Of a DNA stretch of 64,000 nt, positions 1-13,285 are shown piece by piece (the first letter of the stretch is position 1; every line of letters starts with the position of its first letter). Source of the DNA: Raillietiella orientalis. Its lineage: Eukaryota. Under the pieces are notes generated by a model. It was given only the letters and a program-made list of their open reading frames with translations, was not told the origin of the DNA and searched no databases. The DNA is taken from contig JAYWIR010000037.1 in the NCBI GenBank assembly GCA_036172245.1, positions 1,984,001-2,048,000 of the forward strand. Reading direction: 5' to 3'. The translations under genes were made by a program, and so were the position numbers.

Positions 1-2724
1 TTTTATGTGGCTTGGACAAAGGAAATTCTTCAAAGTGTCTGAATGGTTTGCTCCCTTCGCTTTCGTCCACCTCCAGTAGCATGGCCCATTCTGATTTCCG
101 TTATCTGCTAACTTGGGAAGAATGTCGAGTGCAAGCTAATGCCACAATTGCTACCGCACTTCCAGAGATGGTGTACCCACCGCCTTTGAGGACAGTGGGT
201 TTGTACATGCTGTTCATGCTGAGTTTAGCTCTTTTCCCGAAACACGGCAGCTTCCGCCTAACCCGAATGCTGTCGATACGATTTCATCGCTGTAGTATTT
301 ATCTCGGAATCGCGCCCACCTTACATCACTTAGTCTTCGCACTTTGGATGAGATTCACGTCTTCTTCAACATTCGGATGGTTAAAGTCGGCTCCTGCTCA
401 TCATCCTTGCTGCGCTAATCTCGTGACCTCTACTAAAGATTCGTGAGCTTCTTCCTAAATGATCAGATGCTGGAACCATTCTGTTTTCCTGTACAGATCC
501 GTGGTATTTTTTTTTTTTTCTGCTCTTTGCTAGTTCTGAAAGATGTTCCAAACTTGCAATTTTTGATCTCTATCTCTGTTATTTATGGCGTTTCTATTGC
601 TGTCTTACTGTCTTGCTGTTCGTATGCTAATATCCTACAGTTGCTGTCATATTACTGTGTTCCTCACCAACTTAGCTGAGAATGCTTCTCGTTGCTATGA
701 CAGCCGTTTGCCACTACAGTGGTTTCATTCCTTCACTTTTTGTTTTCCATCGTGCTAATGTGAGGGCTCTGAGAACTGCAGACGTTTGAAAAAAATGCCT
801 GAAGAATTGCAAGAGTGGTGGTTTCCGGTTTTAGAAGCTCTTCATCTTCACGAATTCTGCCAGTTCTTCCTGCTCTGCCCATAGTGCGTTTGTTTTGTTA
901 GAGCTTCCGATGACAGGGCGATGCAAAGATTGAGGATCACGACCTTTGCATCGCCCTCCCATCGAAGACTTAAATTTAAATTCCAAATTCCCGAAACTTC
1001 TAAGGCGTATTTTTAGGTGCAGTTTTTTCGGGCTAATGGAAAATCCTACCAATGGGTGCAGGGCTGTACTTCCTTCTTCTCTCGAAGAGAACCGTAGTGA
1101 GCCAAAACTGATCATCCCATTCGAATATTGAAATACTTAGGGAGAGTGTTAGAAATATTCTATGGAAAGCATTTTTGGATTGAGATAATGGTGGTAGAAA
1201 TGCGATTGTGTCGGAGTACGATGAAAGATGCATCTCACGGCGGCTGACCATGAGACCGTTCGCAACATCAAGCAGGCAGCTGGTCTTCCGAGCTCGTTTC
1301 CTTCTTGCGTCTCGGCTGACAGATTTCATCCGAAGTCACAATCCGGTCTTGTTTACCACTCGACTTTGTGACTGCCAGCGTGTGCTGGATGACTTGATTT
1401 TACCGTGGAGAGGAAGACGTGCTGCTGGATCACTTTCGTGAAGGATGTTGAAAGAGTTCAGATCTAGGGAACAGCTCTCTTGGAACGTGATGACTATCTT
1501 CTTCAAAATAAGGCACTTGGAAGAAACGGGGCGGATGCGTAGGGGGACGCGTGTGAATCCGGCAGAATGCGGTTTCGGTTTTTGGCGCGCAGGTCGCATC
1601 GGGAAGGAATTTTCTCTTGCGCGCTCTCTCCATCGGAGACGACCGTATCAAGGAGCAAGGTAGGGGAGGGAAAATTGCCATCAGGTGACAAGGAAGAGTT
1701 GTCCCTTTCTCATTCTTTCCCTGACGTTCCCATGAGAACGCTTCCTCTTCCCCATGGAGCTCAAGAGGCTTGTGGCTCCATTCTTCGGCTGGAAAGAATG
1801 AAGAGGCGCGGACAAGCAGAATGCCAACCTAAGTCAATCCAAAATGCTTTCTCACGCCACCGAAAGGGAAGCGAGAACTTTTGACTTCCATATCAAGCTA
1901 GAACCGGGACAGAAAAGCGGGTACGGAGGAGCAGTAAGTGGCAGGAGACTGGTTGGAGGGAAGGAATCGGATCTCATAGAATTGGAGAGCACTCGAAGAG
2001 GCTCAAATCCTCTTGCCTTGGACGGGTTCCTCCCACTCCCTCCGAGTCTTTCACGGTTGCAAAACAACCGGGAAAGAAATGCACCCTTCTAGAGGGCACA
2101 CTTCCCCCATCACCTTGTTGTTTTGGAGAACCCTCCTGCCACGACCGGCCTCGGGGCTGTTTCTCCTGCGATGAGCCTTGCCTTCCAGCACGATCTTCTC
2201 GGAGCTTCGTTTCAAGACCTAGGAGGGGACGAAGAGACAGGATTTCCTCTTGGTTACGGTCCGGTTCCGGTATGAGGACGGGTCTGCCCCTGTCCTGCGA
2301 ACCTCAGGCTTTCCTGGCAATGTTTCTGACTCCAGCAGTTGTTTTCCTTCTGTTGTTTCTTCCAGGTAGCAAGTCATCCTGGAGTCCGGTTGCCGTCCTC
2401 TATGTAGTTCTTGGAGTCCTCTCGAAGCTCCCACGGCGGCTCTTTCAATTTCTCTCATGTAGGCAGCCGACCCCTTCCTTCCCAAGAGGTGAACGGATGC
2501 AACCCCGTTCAAATCTGCTGAACGCCCTCGCGGGGCGAAGACTGAAAGGGGTGGTCTCTCGCCAGATCGCAGAAGGGCGTTTCCTGAGTTGAGACTTCAA
2601 GTTACTGAATGGGGCACGACATTCCCAAGCAGATCCAAAAAGCATCTGGGAGAGAGGGATGCTTGGTGGATGTCCCGGGTGCGTGAATCTTCATTCCACA
2701 ACTCCAATAATGGAAATCCTTTTA

Positions 2725-3487
2725 ACTTCTTTTCTGTTTCCCTGCCTTCCTTCCAGCTTGTCTTCTTTTTCTTGGCTCGCTGAGTACTCAACAGCTGTTT
2801 GCCTCGGGGCTGGCGAAGCTTTGCTCTTTAACACGGTCCACGCATTCCGAGGGAGAGTGTAGCAACTCTCTTCAATATATTAAGTTCCCAGGCAAGAGAC
2901 CACTCTATGAATCCAAGAAGGCTCCGGAGGAAGGAGTTCCTTCCTCTTACGCTTGGAAGGGATCCCTGAAGGGAACCTCTTCCTTATTCTCTTTGGAGGG
3001 ACTGCGAGGTTTGTGGGAGTCTCTGCACATTTCTTCTGCGGAGGGAACTCAAAAGGGAACCGCTCCTGTTTACTCTTTTGAAGAGAAACCTGAAGGAACG
3101 CTTCTTCGAAGGGAGCAGCGCATTTCTTCACACTCTGGAGAGGTATCGATCCACCAGCTCCATGGTATGCGATGGAGAGTGCTCCCCGAAGGGTGGGGGA
3201 CGGATCCTTTGCACAGCCGGAGGGGAATCCTGAAGGAAACCGACTCTTTGATTCCTGGAAAGACCCCGGATGATCGACTTTCTAATTCCAGCTAGTCAAC
3301 GGGGACATCCGATTTTTCAGCTTCCACCAGTGCCGCACCCGAAACCTATAGACCAACCAGCGTCATCTTGCCGGGAGGATCTCCGAACCCACGATGCACT
3401 CATTTCTCGACGTCGATCCTCCACGTGGGGATTCGAACCCGCGACGCTTTGGCACCACGCGCGAAGCCCCACTGCATCCACACGGTC
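2725..3487 (-). mobile_element. tRNA-headed SINE-like repeat, copy A
   Basis: Reverse complement has box A-like TGGATGCAGTGG, box B GGTTCGAATCC, the shared body (CGGGTGCGGCACTGGTGGA; GATACCTCTCCAGAGTG) and a purine/A-rich tail. Confidence 0.8.
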
Positions 3488-4569
3488 GCCAACGCCAACT
3501 CGCCTTTGAGAGCCATAGGGCACGAGGAGCGCGAAGATTCATGCTTTCATCTTCGAAGTAGGTGATGCACCTCGATGGAGAGGCTCCCCATTAAGAGAAG
3601 ATGGGTTTTCATCAGGAAAGACTACTGCCCAGCTTTCCTTTGGTGATCTTCTGAGCAGCCTCACCTATTGCAGGATCTCTAGATCCCTTCCACGGGAGAA
3701 ATCCCAGATTCTACCCGCCCCACTTCGCCTGTTACACTCTCTCGTTGGCAGGAAGATAGAAACTGGGCAAGTGGCAACCAAAGAGTTCTCGGGGGGTGTT
3801 TCTCGGATTCGATTAATGTGGATGTGGCAACGGCTGGGATGCTCATAGCCATTTTTCGGGCTCATTAAGATTTATTCCGATCTGGTGCAGCGGGCGGGAG
3901 TTTTCTAGCGAAGGAGGGAGGAACCCACGATAAATCTCGAAAAGTGGGTCGTTTCTTCCTTCGCGGAAGATCCGAGTTGTAACCGACGCCCTTCTTGATC
4001 TAAATGGGAAAAACGCCCTGGCGGTGACTCGAGGTTTGGCCGCGGTTCATCCGCCAAGCGTTCGACCGAATGCCCTGCGGCAGGATGAGGCGTCTCGCCC
4101 TCTCCTGCGATCTTCGACGAGGCACCCAAGAGCGCTTCGCCAGTCTCTGTCAGGAGACCAGCGCGGTACTGGCGGAGTGCTGGCTGATGGTTTTCCGGTC
4201 GCCCCTCGGTCTCACTTGAGAGATTCCTGAAAGAGCTTTCATCCTCGCCGCTTCAGGAAACTAGAGATCCGCAGCTCGGAAGCCCGGAAGCCAGCGCCCT
4301 CTGCGTCGTGTCGCACACAGCGCGCGCGCACACGGATCTGCCGTTGTGGGAACGCGTTCCTTTCCCTCTGCTTCCGTAATGACGGGAGAAACTCGCCCGA
4401 GACGAATGCAATGAAGCTATAGGGTTTCGCGAAGAGCCGCAAATGGAGCAGGGAATCAGAATTTGGATGCGAAAGAGAGATCTTTCGCATTGGTCCAGCA
4501 TCCGTCGAGATGGAGGATCCCTTTCTTGGAGCTCCCGGAAGCGAGGCATTAGCGACTGGTCTGCGTTGG

Positions 4570-5070
4570 AGGTCGTGCGGCTGAGTTCTTTGTGCGTTGT
4601 ACCAAACGCTGTGGGTTCGAATATCCACGGGGTGGATCCGCGCTGAGAAATGGGTTCCAATTCCCCTCCGTAAGATGACGTTGGTTGCCCTATACTCGGG
4701 TGCGGCACTGATGGAAGCTGAAAAACCGGATGCCCACGATGAGTGACCGAGATTTGGAATTTGACCCTCCGGAGTCCTTCCAGGAATCAAGAAGTCGAAT
4801 CCCTTCAGGGTTCCCCTCCAGTTGTGCAAAGGATCCGTCCCTCACCCTTCGGGGGCACTCTCCATCGCATACCATAGAGCAGGTGGTTGATGGTTGATAC
4901 CTCTCCAGGGTGTGAAGAAATGCTCTGCTCCCTTCGGGGAAGCGTCCTTCAGGTTTCTCTTCAGGGAACAAATGAGCGGTTCCATTGAGGGTTCCCCCCA
5001 TAGAAGAAACTAGGAATGGCCCCCCTTTCCGGTAGACCCTTCCGGAGAGAATAAGGAAACGGTTCTCTTC
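4570..5070 (+). mobile_element. tRNA-headed SINE-like repeat, copy B (tail missing)
   Basis: GGGTTCGAATAT near 4614, cgggtgcggcactgatggaagctgaaaa, gatacctctccagggtg. Confidence 0.75.
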
Positions 5071-6456
5071 GGAGACGCGATGGCGATATCGAAATGGCCA
5101 GCTTCGCGCTCCAAGTCTTCGGAAGACACACCTTCCCGTGACCGGACGGCACCTCGAAGGTTGTTCTGAGAACGGCTGGAGTCCTGGAAGCTGCCTCAGG
5201 AAGAATCTCAAGCGATTCTGATGGCTTTTCTTTTCTCTCTTCGACCGTCCTAAGAAGAGGAAGCACCGACCAGCCGAGTGCTTCCTCTTCTTCGAGCGGG
5301 GAGCGTCGTGACCAACTTCGCTCGTTTTGCTATGTCCAGGTTGAGTGGTAGCGCTTGGGAGAAAGCAGCATCCCTATTCGGTTCAGGAAGATGCTCTTCC
5401 AGGTAGCCGTGCTGGACATGGCAACCGGACAGCAACGGGGTGGCCCGTCAGGGAAACTCCGTCACTTCTGCTGGGGAGCATCGAAGCGGAAGCTGACCGA
5501 GACTCAGCGCAGTCTTAAGCAGTGCATGGTCAGACTCTCAATGGCTCACCCCAAGAGATCGGTCAGTGACTGGGGACATTCGCAAGAACTCTCTCCAACG
5601 AGAGAGGAATCACCTAGAGAGGGAGCAGTGCAGAGAAAGTGGAGCACCACAGGAAAGCTCCAGTAGGGAACCTGCAGAAGGATCCGGTCCTTGATTGGGC
5701 TGCCTACTTCGAATCCAGAGGGGAGTTGGAATGAAATGGAAAAGGGGTGTTCGCTCCCTCCCGATGCCAAGTAAGAGGATGGAGGAAACCCGAAATTTCA
5801 GGAAGGAACATTTACAGTACCGTCTGCAGCATCACTCCCACGCTTTCCTTGGAAATGTGAAGGACGAAATTGGTCATTTCGTTGGCTTTAGCTTCTCTTA
5901 GGGCTGAAGAAAAGTTCCCATGGGTGGTCTGCTTGGGGACCGTCCTCATGAACTTGAGGGAACTCTCAAGAAGATGCTGGAGCCTTTTCGTCTCTGAAAC
6001 ATCAGAAGAGTGAGTGCCTATAAGCACCCGTTTCCGTAGGTGCCGAAGAAAAGTAGAGGTTCATTTATAGCAGGAACTCGCGCCCGATTTGCCAATACCC
6101 TGCGGCTACCACAGTAACAAAGAACCGGAAGAAGAAGAAACGACTGATCAGGGGTTTCCCAAAGGTCTGTCGGTGAGGCTAGGCGTGGCTCTCACGAGAT
6201 GTAAACGCTGCTTCCTTGGTTTGCGCCACGTAGTTCTGAGCACCGTCGAATCTGTTGGCTGCCGTGCCAACGCTAAGATGCCCGCGTCTGAGGACCCATT
6301 TTCCCGCTAACGAACGGAACGCCTCCACGTTTGCCTTCCGAAACTTTGTAGGGCTGATGGAATCTGCTCCAAAATCCCGAACGGTGAAAAAATACCGAAA
6401 GATCGTAAAAAGTAAACGTATGCTTATTCTACGTAGATTAATATACAAATTTGTTT

Positions 6457-7060
6457 GAATATACATGGTGATTCCTGTTTATTAATGTGCATTTATTCAT
6501 AGTAGCATTATTGGAACAGGTATATTATTAAGATTAAGTGACATACGTTTTATTAATAAAATTAATAAGCTGTTGATTGTACTGTTAATATATATATGTA
6601 TATTAACAATACAATAAAGATAAATATGTATGCTTGGTATACATATATATGTTTATACACATATGTAAATGTGCATACTTTTATATATATATTTATGTGC
6701 ATATTTATATTCATACATATATATTTGCATTATCTGTAGATATTAATGGTAACAAAAAGCACACATATTTATTTTTTTATAATTTTCATGATATATATTA
6801 ATTCATATAGCGACCGATCATTATATAAAGATATATATCAATATATATAATGAGCATACGTATTTATTTCCTATACTCTTTAATGTATGTATATATATAT
6901 ATTAACAATATAATCAACAGCTTATTAATTTCATTAACAAAAAAAATCTGTCAATGAATCTTAATACATCTGTTCCCACATTACTGTTAATAAATATATC
7001 TGTTCCAATAATATTACTGTTAATACATACGTCAGTAAATACGAATGGCTGTGTATATTC
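6457..7060. mobile_element. AT-rich foldback / MITE-like element with ~200-250 bp imperfect inverted arms
   Basis: gaatatac...attattggaacag...aaattaataagctgttgatt (6457-6600) is the reverse complement of aatcaacagcttattaattt...ctgttccaataat...gtatattc (6880-7060). Confidence 0.75.
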
Positions 7061-7592
7061 GTGTCCGCAGAATGCGCCGTTTACGTGCCACGATGGTTTG
7101 GGATTTCGAGCGGCACCTCTGATGGCGCGACCTTGCGGAGGTGGTCCGCGACCGTTTCCCCCATTCTCTTGCAGATTCGGGTCGCGGTCCAAACGTCACG
7201 GACACCGTCAGCCCGAGAGGGATGTCAAGTTCGGCAGGTGCACTCGACCTGACCGTGTGAAGGACTGGACACGTCACAGCCACCGGCCAGCCACCGATCG
7301 GAAAATTTTCCGCCAAGTTCCGTCGTGGCGGCTATCCCTCCCCCTCCTCCTTTCCAAGGGAACCACCGATGCGCTCCAAGAGTCCGGAAAGCGTGGGATC
7401 CGAGCATTCCTGCGCCGGGAGGCACGCAGGCGTCAGTGGGGTGCTGCCGCGTACAGGAATGCGTGTAACGCGATGGTACGAAATCTGGCTACAGAGAGAG
7501 GAAAAGGAGGAAAATCGAACCACCCTTCGCCAAGGGAATGCAGTGCGATGTACTGGGAGCTGAAGGGGAAACTGAGAAAGAAGGAAGCACTC

Positions 7593-9213
7593 TGTGTACA
7601 TTTAATAAATCCAATTACCGGCTCTTATTAATAATAACCAAACAAAACGGTCAAAGTGAATAATAACACGTAATAATCACCAGTGTAACCCGGTAAATTT
7701 AATAAAAACATATTTTATAATGCTTATTTATTATTTATAATGAAAACATGCAAGCATTATTCATTGCATAAACAAGTTCTTGACAAATCAAAAAAGAAAA
7801 AACAGACGAAATGACAAAATTATGCAAAATCGTGACAAAAGTACACGAAATTAGTTAAAATATTAATTTTTATTAAGGTAGGAGAGGAAGACATCAATAA
7901 GACAAGAACGTAACTTTATTATGTGGTTATAAGCAAAGTATTTATTTTTGCAGGAAGAGCCCCTTCTGGCATCCTTGACCTTTCTCATCTGCAGCGATTC
8001 GAGTCCCAATCGCCTGTGCACTGAGAATACATGGGAATCCCTGACCACCTGAATTCGAATGCTCGCGGGCACATTCTCTTAGACTTTTTTCGACGTCTGG
8101 AACTGAAATAAAAGCTTCCCTGCAGTCGGTAAATTCCTTCCTTCCCCAGAGTTGGTTTAAAATGCCATATTTTGTGCCGAGTTTATACGAGTTTTTGTTT
8201 TCCATAGAAATGATAACGGCTACAGTATTCCGGTCATCCACTTTAGCCCTATCTGCACCTGGAATCCCTATCCGAACTCTCTCTCCCCTACATTCGCAAT
8301 CGGGCATGAAAGCCGTAACATTCTGTCGGCTTGCTTTTTCAGTGACCGCTTAGCAGAGTTTCCAGCTTCTTGAATCATTCCAGGGATTTCATTGAGTCAA
8401 GCGAAGGATCTTCCTCGGTTCCCCCACCATTTTCCAGCTCAACACCAGCGGTGTTTTTTTCACCTTGTTATCTTTCTTATCGGCCTCTCCTGTTTCAGAA
8501 GGATGCTGTTGGTCTTTGATTTGGCTAACACTCCTATTTGTATTTTTGCTTGGATCCCCAACAGTTATTAACTGCAAGTCTTCACTCGAATCACCAATCA
8601 TTTTCCACTCCCTCATTGTCATTACCCTCCGTCCTCACATCGCCAGCCTCCTTTGAGATGATTCTCTGAAGTTCGGCATCACGATTCGATGGATCTTTCC
8701 GTATTGTCCCAAGATCTTCTTCACTAGTGATTTCTGCCAAAGTTCGACTGGTCAGCATGTTTCCAAACCTGCACAGCCTAGCATGGCTCCATAAGGACTG
8801 CCATCTATTCCAGAGTGATGTGCTCTATTTTCCGTAAATTGAATGAATTTCAGCCTTTCCGACCATTTCGCTGTATTTGCTCCGAGTCAAATGGACAGCG
8901 TCTTTCCTATGCCTTGGTTCGCTCTTTCGACTGAGCCTTGTGATTGACTATGTGTCGGTTCTCGATGGGCAATTTCGAGTTCATCCCACATTCCGCAGAC
9001 TCCAATGATTTTGTGGTATTTTTCGACTCGCGCGCCTCGGAATTGGTGTATTGAAAACTATCACATGTACCACGAATAGTTGCGAATTGTTAATAATTAC
9101 CGGTTCACGTGATGCATTCTTATAAATAATTCACTTTGACCTTTCTACTTGGTCATTATCAATAATAGCCTGCAATTATGAGTATGAACCGATTAATCAC
9201 TTGAACCGTAACA
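7593..9213 (-). mobile_element. Degenerate Ginger/KRBA2-SCAND3-type integrase DNA transposon with TIRs, internally deleted
   Basis: The - strand reads HSQSQGSVERANQ...KWSERLKFIQFTENRAHHSGI..SPY.AM (about 8780-9000, with a stop) and IPGADRAKVDDRN...YKLGTKYGIL...SLRECA...GGQGF...SCKNK (7935-8300); imperfect inverted arms 7613-7705 and 9088-9177 share GGTCAAAGTGAAT. Confidence 0.8.
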
Positions 9214-11480
9214 TATACCCATACTTGCAAACTCCAAGCAGCACCGGACGTTTGTAATACGAAGCTTCTGCAGCACTGAGATCTGTGTTTCCTCATGACT
9301 GCATCAAGCAAAAATTATCCTTCTTCTTTTTGTTTTGACGGTAAAAATGGTCTTCCCGAGTGCTGATGAGGAAATGAAGAAAATAAATCCTGCTTATTAA
9401 ATCCTCCCTCGTGGCGGTGGATCGTACAGTCTTGAAACATGCAACAGATGAAAGAGTGAAAAAGGTTCACACTACGGAAAAACACGTGTTATGCATGTCA
9501 TGTAAATAAAAGTAAATAAATGAAGACGTGGTACGAAAATGAAAATGTATCGTAAAAATGGATGACGAAAAGTACCATACTCAGAATCAACAAACAAATA
9601 AGCAGCTCTACTTTCAAGGAAGTGGAAACACTGATCTATTAGCGGTTCGGGTACAGCAATCGCTTGTCAAGGTTTATGTGAGATCAGTGGTACTGCTGGA
9701 CTCGAGCAGTCCAAATGCTCCAAATTCATCAAGATTACAAGAGCTCGTTTATCCATAGCTGAGGGGAAAATTCGTGACGCATTTTGGAAGCCATCAGACT
9801 TGAGTCTGGGGGTCATGTGAACGTGCTGGAGAAATTCGCTGCTTTCGTGCATGCACTGGGTTCCTCTTCTGATCATTAGTAAATAATGATAATGAAATAC
9901 TGCCTCAGGGAGGCAAAGAATTCCGCCTCCGAAACTCTGGTCCATACTCGAGCATACTGCTGGAATGAAAACCCTGCCTTTAAGGAGACAGATCGCCGTT
10001 GTCTTGGTTTCTCTACCGCCCAAACGCTTCGCAGTCTATTGTGACAGTAACCATGTTACGTCTTGTTGTGTGACAAGAGGAAAGCCCACGAGGAAAGTTC
10101 CTGCGAATCAAAAGCCACCTTTTTCGAAATTCCGCATTTTTTTTTTTCATTTTTTGTTCAAATCCGTTTCTTTGCAAACTATTATGATGTTTTGGAACCA
10201 ACAACTATTGATGGTAGGATGATTTACGATCGCTCGGATGGAACGTGGAATGCCGCGCCCGTGAAAGTTGAGTAACTTTCAGAACAAAGAAACAAATCGG
10301 AATTGTGAATCGTCAAAATCATCCATCGGAGACTCGTTTCCATGTAGATCTAAGAAAGTGCAAGGCAGAACAAGGCCATCAGCATTTGAAAGCTTGGGCG
10401 ATGGTTTGGCATGGTGAGCAGATTATTTTGAAAGGAACCGCAGAAAGCTGCTGCATTCCCACTCATTTCGAAACTTCAAGCAGCTCATCCCACTAGTGAA
10501 ACGGTCATTTAATAGTGACTTTTAACCGCAGGCAGCATGAGGAACGCCAGCGCTCGTGCTTTTTGATACTTCCTGATGATTCAAAGATGTGGATCACTTG
10601 AGTGTTCCGGGCGCCCGTAGGTTTCCTGCGATTATTGAGGAGGAAACAAAGCAGGAAAGTGGACCAAGCGATTCGAGATTCAATACACTCAAAAATGATC
10701 ATCAGCAAGCTTTGAGCGAAATTGACATATATTCAGTGGATGCGTGGGGTTTCCTCCTGTGCGAGAGAGTCTTTTGGGAGAATCCCAATCTCCACGTGCA
10801 AAGCTTCTCAGGGAAACTGCAATCCTGGTCACAGCATGAGCATCATCTCTTAAATTCTAAGCCACCCGCATCCTGTAATTATAAATATCGCAGAAACCAA
10901 GCAGAAGATCCTCTTCACCGACACGTAGAACTGAGAGGCATCTAGAGTACTCGTAATTATGAAGCTTGATGTTAATCCGACCTCCTTCATCATTCTGGCA
11001 CGTATCTCCTCGTAGGTAAAATACACGGGAAAGAATCAAGGTGGACCAAGGAGCGAGACAAATATCAGACGGGATCTCGGGATGAACTTTGCTTTCAGGG
11101 AAATGTTTTGAGAAAAAGACTTCCAGACTCCCCCAAACGACAGATACACATCTCCCAATAAATCTGCTTCTTTCTCTCGCTAACAAGTCCATTCACTGGT
11201 TGGAGAAACCGGAACAAATCCCTGGGTGCCTTTCCGTATCCACTCTTAGCATTGGTACACAGGGATTTTTACACAGTGACAGTACTCGACTTGGGGAATT
11301 TGCGAAGCAAGCTGCATCGTAAAAGGCTTCTGCACGAACGCAACTGATACTATGAATTCAGTAAGTGTCTTACGGACCTTGAGATTTTATAAACGAAATG
11401 GGTTCACGAAACATTTCGGAATGAATTGTCTGCAATCATTCAACAAGTAATAGAACATTCCAAAAAAAATCAACACAGAC

Positions 11481-11732
11481 CTTGATTTTCCTCATAGATG
11501 ATAGCTACTTCCGTCCAGTTCAGAAATCTTTGCAATTCCAGGAGAGCTTCATTTAGGAACTGGTAGCTAGGAAATAATTTTATGGAGAAATCTTTGGATT
11601 GCTCTATGCTTTCTGGACTTGTCTCGATGAAGGGAACATCCAGAGCGTCCGATATCGATTGAAGGTGGGAAGATAACGTCGGATCGACAGGAGCGAACAT
11701 CGCTCGAATTCCGTTTTCTAACAAATGGCAGG
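11481..11732 (-). CDS. Second kainate-like iGluR (paralog), exon 3: ACHLLENGIRAMFAPVDPTLSSHLQSISDALDVPFIE...FSIKLFPS...LNWTEVAIIYEENQ
   Basis: ttttcAG / GTCTGT; 252 nt, phase 1-1; clear iGluR ATD motifs; ORF 11470-11724. Confidence 0.9.
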
Positions 11733-13285
11733 CTGAAAAGAAAGAATGACGAAAAACTCATTGATAGATCGGAGTATTGGGAATGCTTAGAATCACTGCC
11801 TCCCGAATGTTCATCTCCGATAACGAGGTAGAGATCATCTGAAAAGTTGGCCCTAGAATCCACAACATGCAACTACATAGTGCAGCTGCAAAAAGTGTAA
11901 AATCACGGAAGGCTGGGACATAGTGAGAATTGCCAGGCTATGGAGGTCGAATTTTGCCAGCATTGGAGAACAACACCTTAAACTCTCTAAAATGGCATCA
12001 AGAAAAATTTCCTTTTCATCTCCTGTCCAGATAAAACTGCACCTTGAGAAGTACACCTTATTTATGCTCCGCAGGCATTCTCGTCGACGGCCAGATGCAT
12101 ACTACGGATACAGGGGAAGAGATGCCACCCGTCTCCCCCAAAATCAAAGAACCACCAAAGAACAGTGCCAGTTTCGCAGGTTCCTTCCACCTCTTTCCAC
12201 TCAGCAGACATTTTCTTCGGAAAAAGACTCCGAGAGATTCTTTCAGATTCAATCAGAAAAGAAACAGTAGTTTTCTCGAATGTGCTCAGGATCAGCATTG
12301 CTAAGAGAAAACAGCACTTTCCCCTCTCTTTGTCAACTTTAAACGGTTCCATGCTGCGAAAAAATAAATGCGGAAATCACAGAAACACGTGCGGATTTTG
12401 GAATAGCGGATATGGTCAGGAAAGACGGTCCGAATGTAAGAATAACAAGAATGAGAACGAAGGCTTCCATCCTGTTTGCATTCGTGAGCCGTTTTTCAAG
12501 ATGATCGCCATTTTTTTTTTTTACTGGGAGTATTGTCCTTGTTTTTTCATCCGGCACAGAGCCCAGCAGCACGCACTGTTTCCTGGAACCCCAACTCCAC
12601 AGATGAACAGCGGCACTGTGAAAGGATGGATGCAAAATCTCAATTGGAAAACAGGAATCCATTGCTCAGTGTCTTCTCCCTGGAGATGGTGATTTTCAGG
12701 AACTCCAATTTGTCTTTCAGATTTCGCGACAGGGAGAGCAAGCAAACGTTCCGCAAACATGCGGGAGACCTCTGTAAGCGGGAGAATTGTGAAGCGAGTC
12801 TGAACATCTTGCTGGCATAATCTGGCCTCAGTATAAGAAACCTCACAGAGAAAGGAACGACTGAGCCACTAAAGTGGTCATCTTTTCAAAAGGAGAAGTC
12901 GCTATTGCGAGTTTTTTCTTATGCTTCAGAACGCATTCCTCTAAGAGCTTTCGAACTAGCTGGGAATTCCCTGCAGCTGAAAGAACAACGAATGTAACGC
13001 ACTTTGTCGTGTGATGTGCTGAGGTCACAAGAGAAAGAAACCTTAAACATGCATGAATTCACGGCGCCGAAGTTCCGGCATTGTGACTTGTGTCTTCAAT
13101 CCTGTCCTGGATTCTGGGGCTGCTTTCAGAAGAGTAACTTTCCTATAATCTTTTTGGTCCTGTGAAATCCAGATGAATCTAGATTCGCCGTTTCGTGAAG
13201 CATGCTGCTTCAGAGCAAGGATGGCCGGACTACGCCCCCTTCACATTTTTTCTGCCGCGTGGAAACGTATAGGAAAAAGCGCTAC

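Noticed and set aside
9700..9920. SRLQELV (+) and FHYHYLL (-) peptides resembling iGluR ATD motifs
   Set aside because: Wrong strand or no compatible splice sites and flanking similarity; coincidental
11900..12045. Possible exon 2 of the - paralog (AG|GT GCA GTT TTA, GAVL...)
   Set aside because: It reaches a stop after about 18 codons; 13286-13447 fits far better in size, phase and motifs
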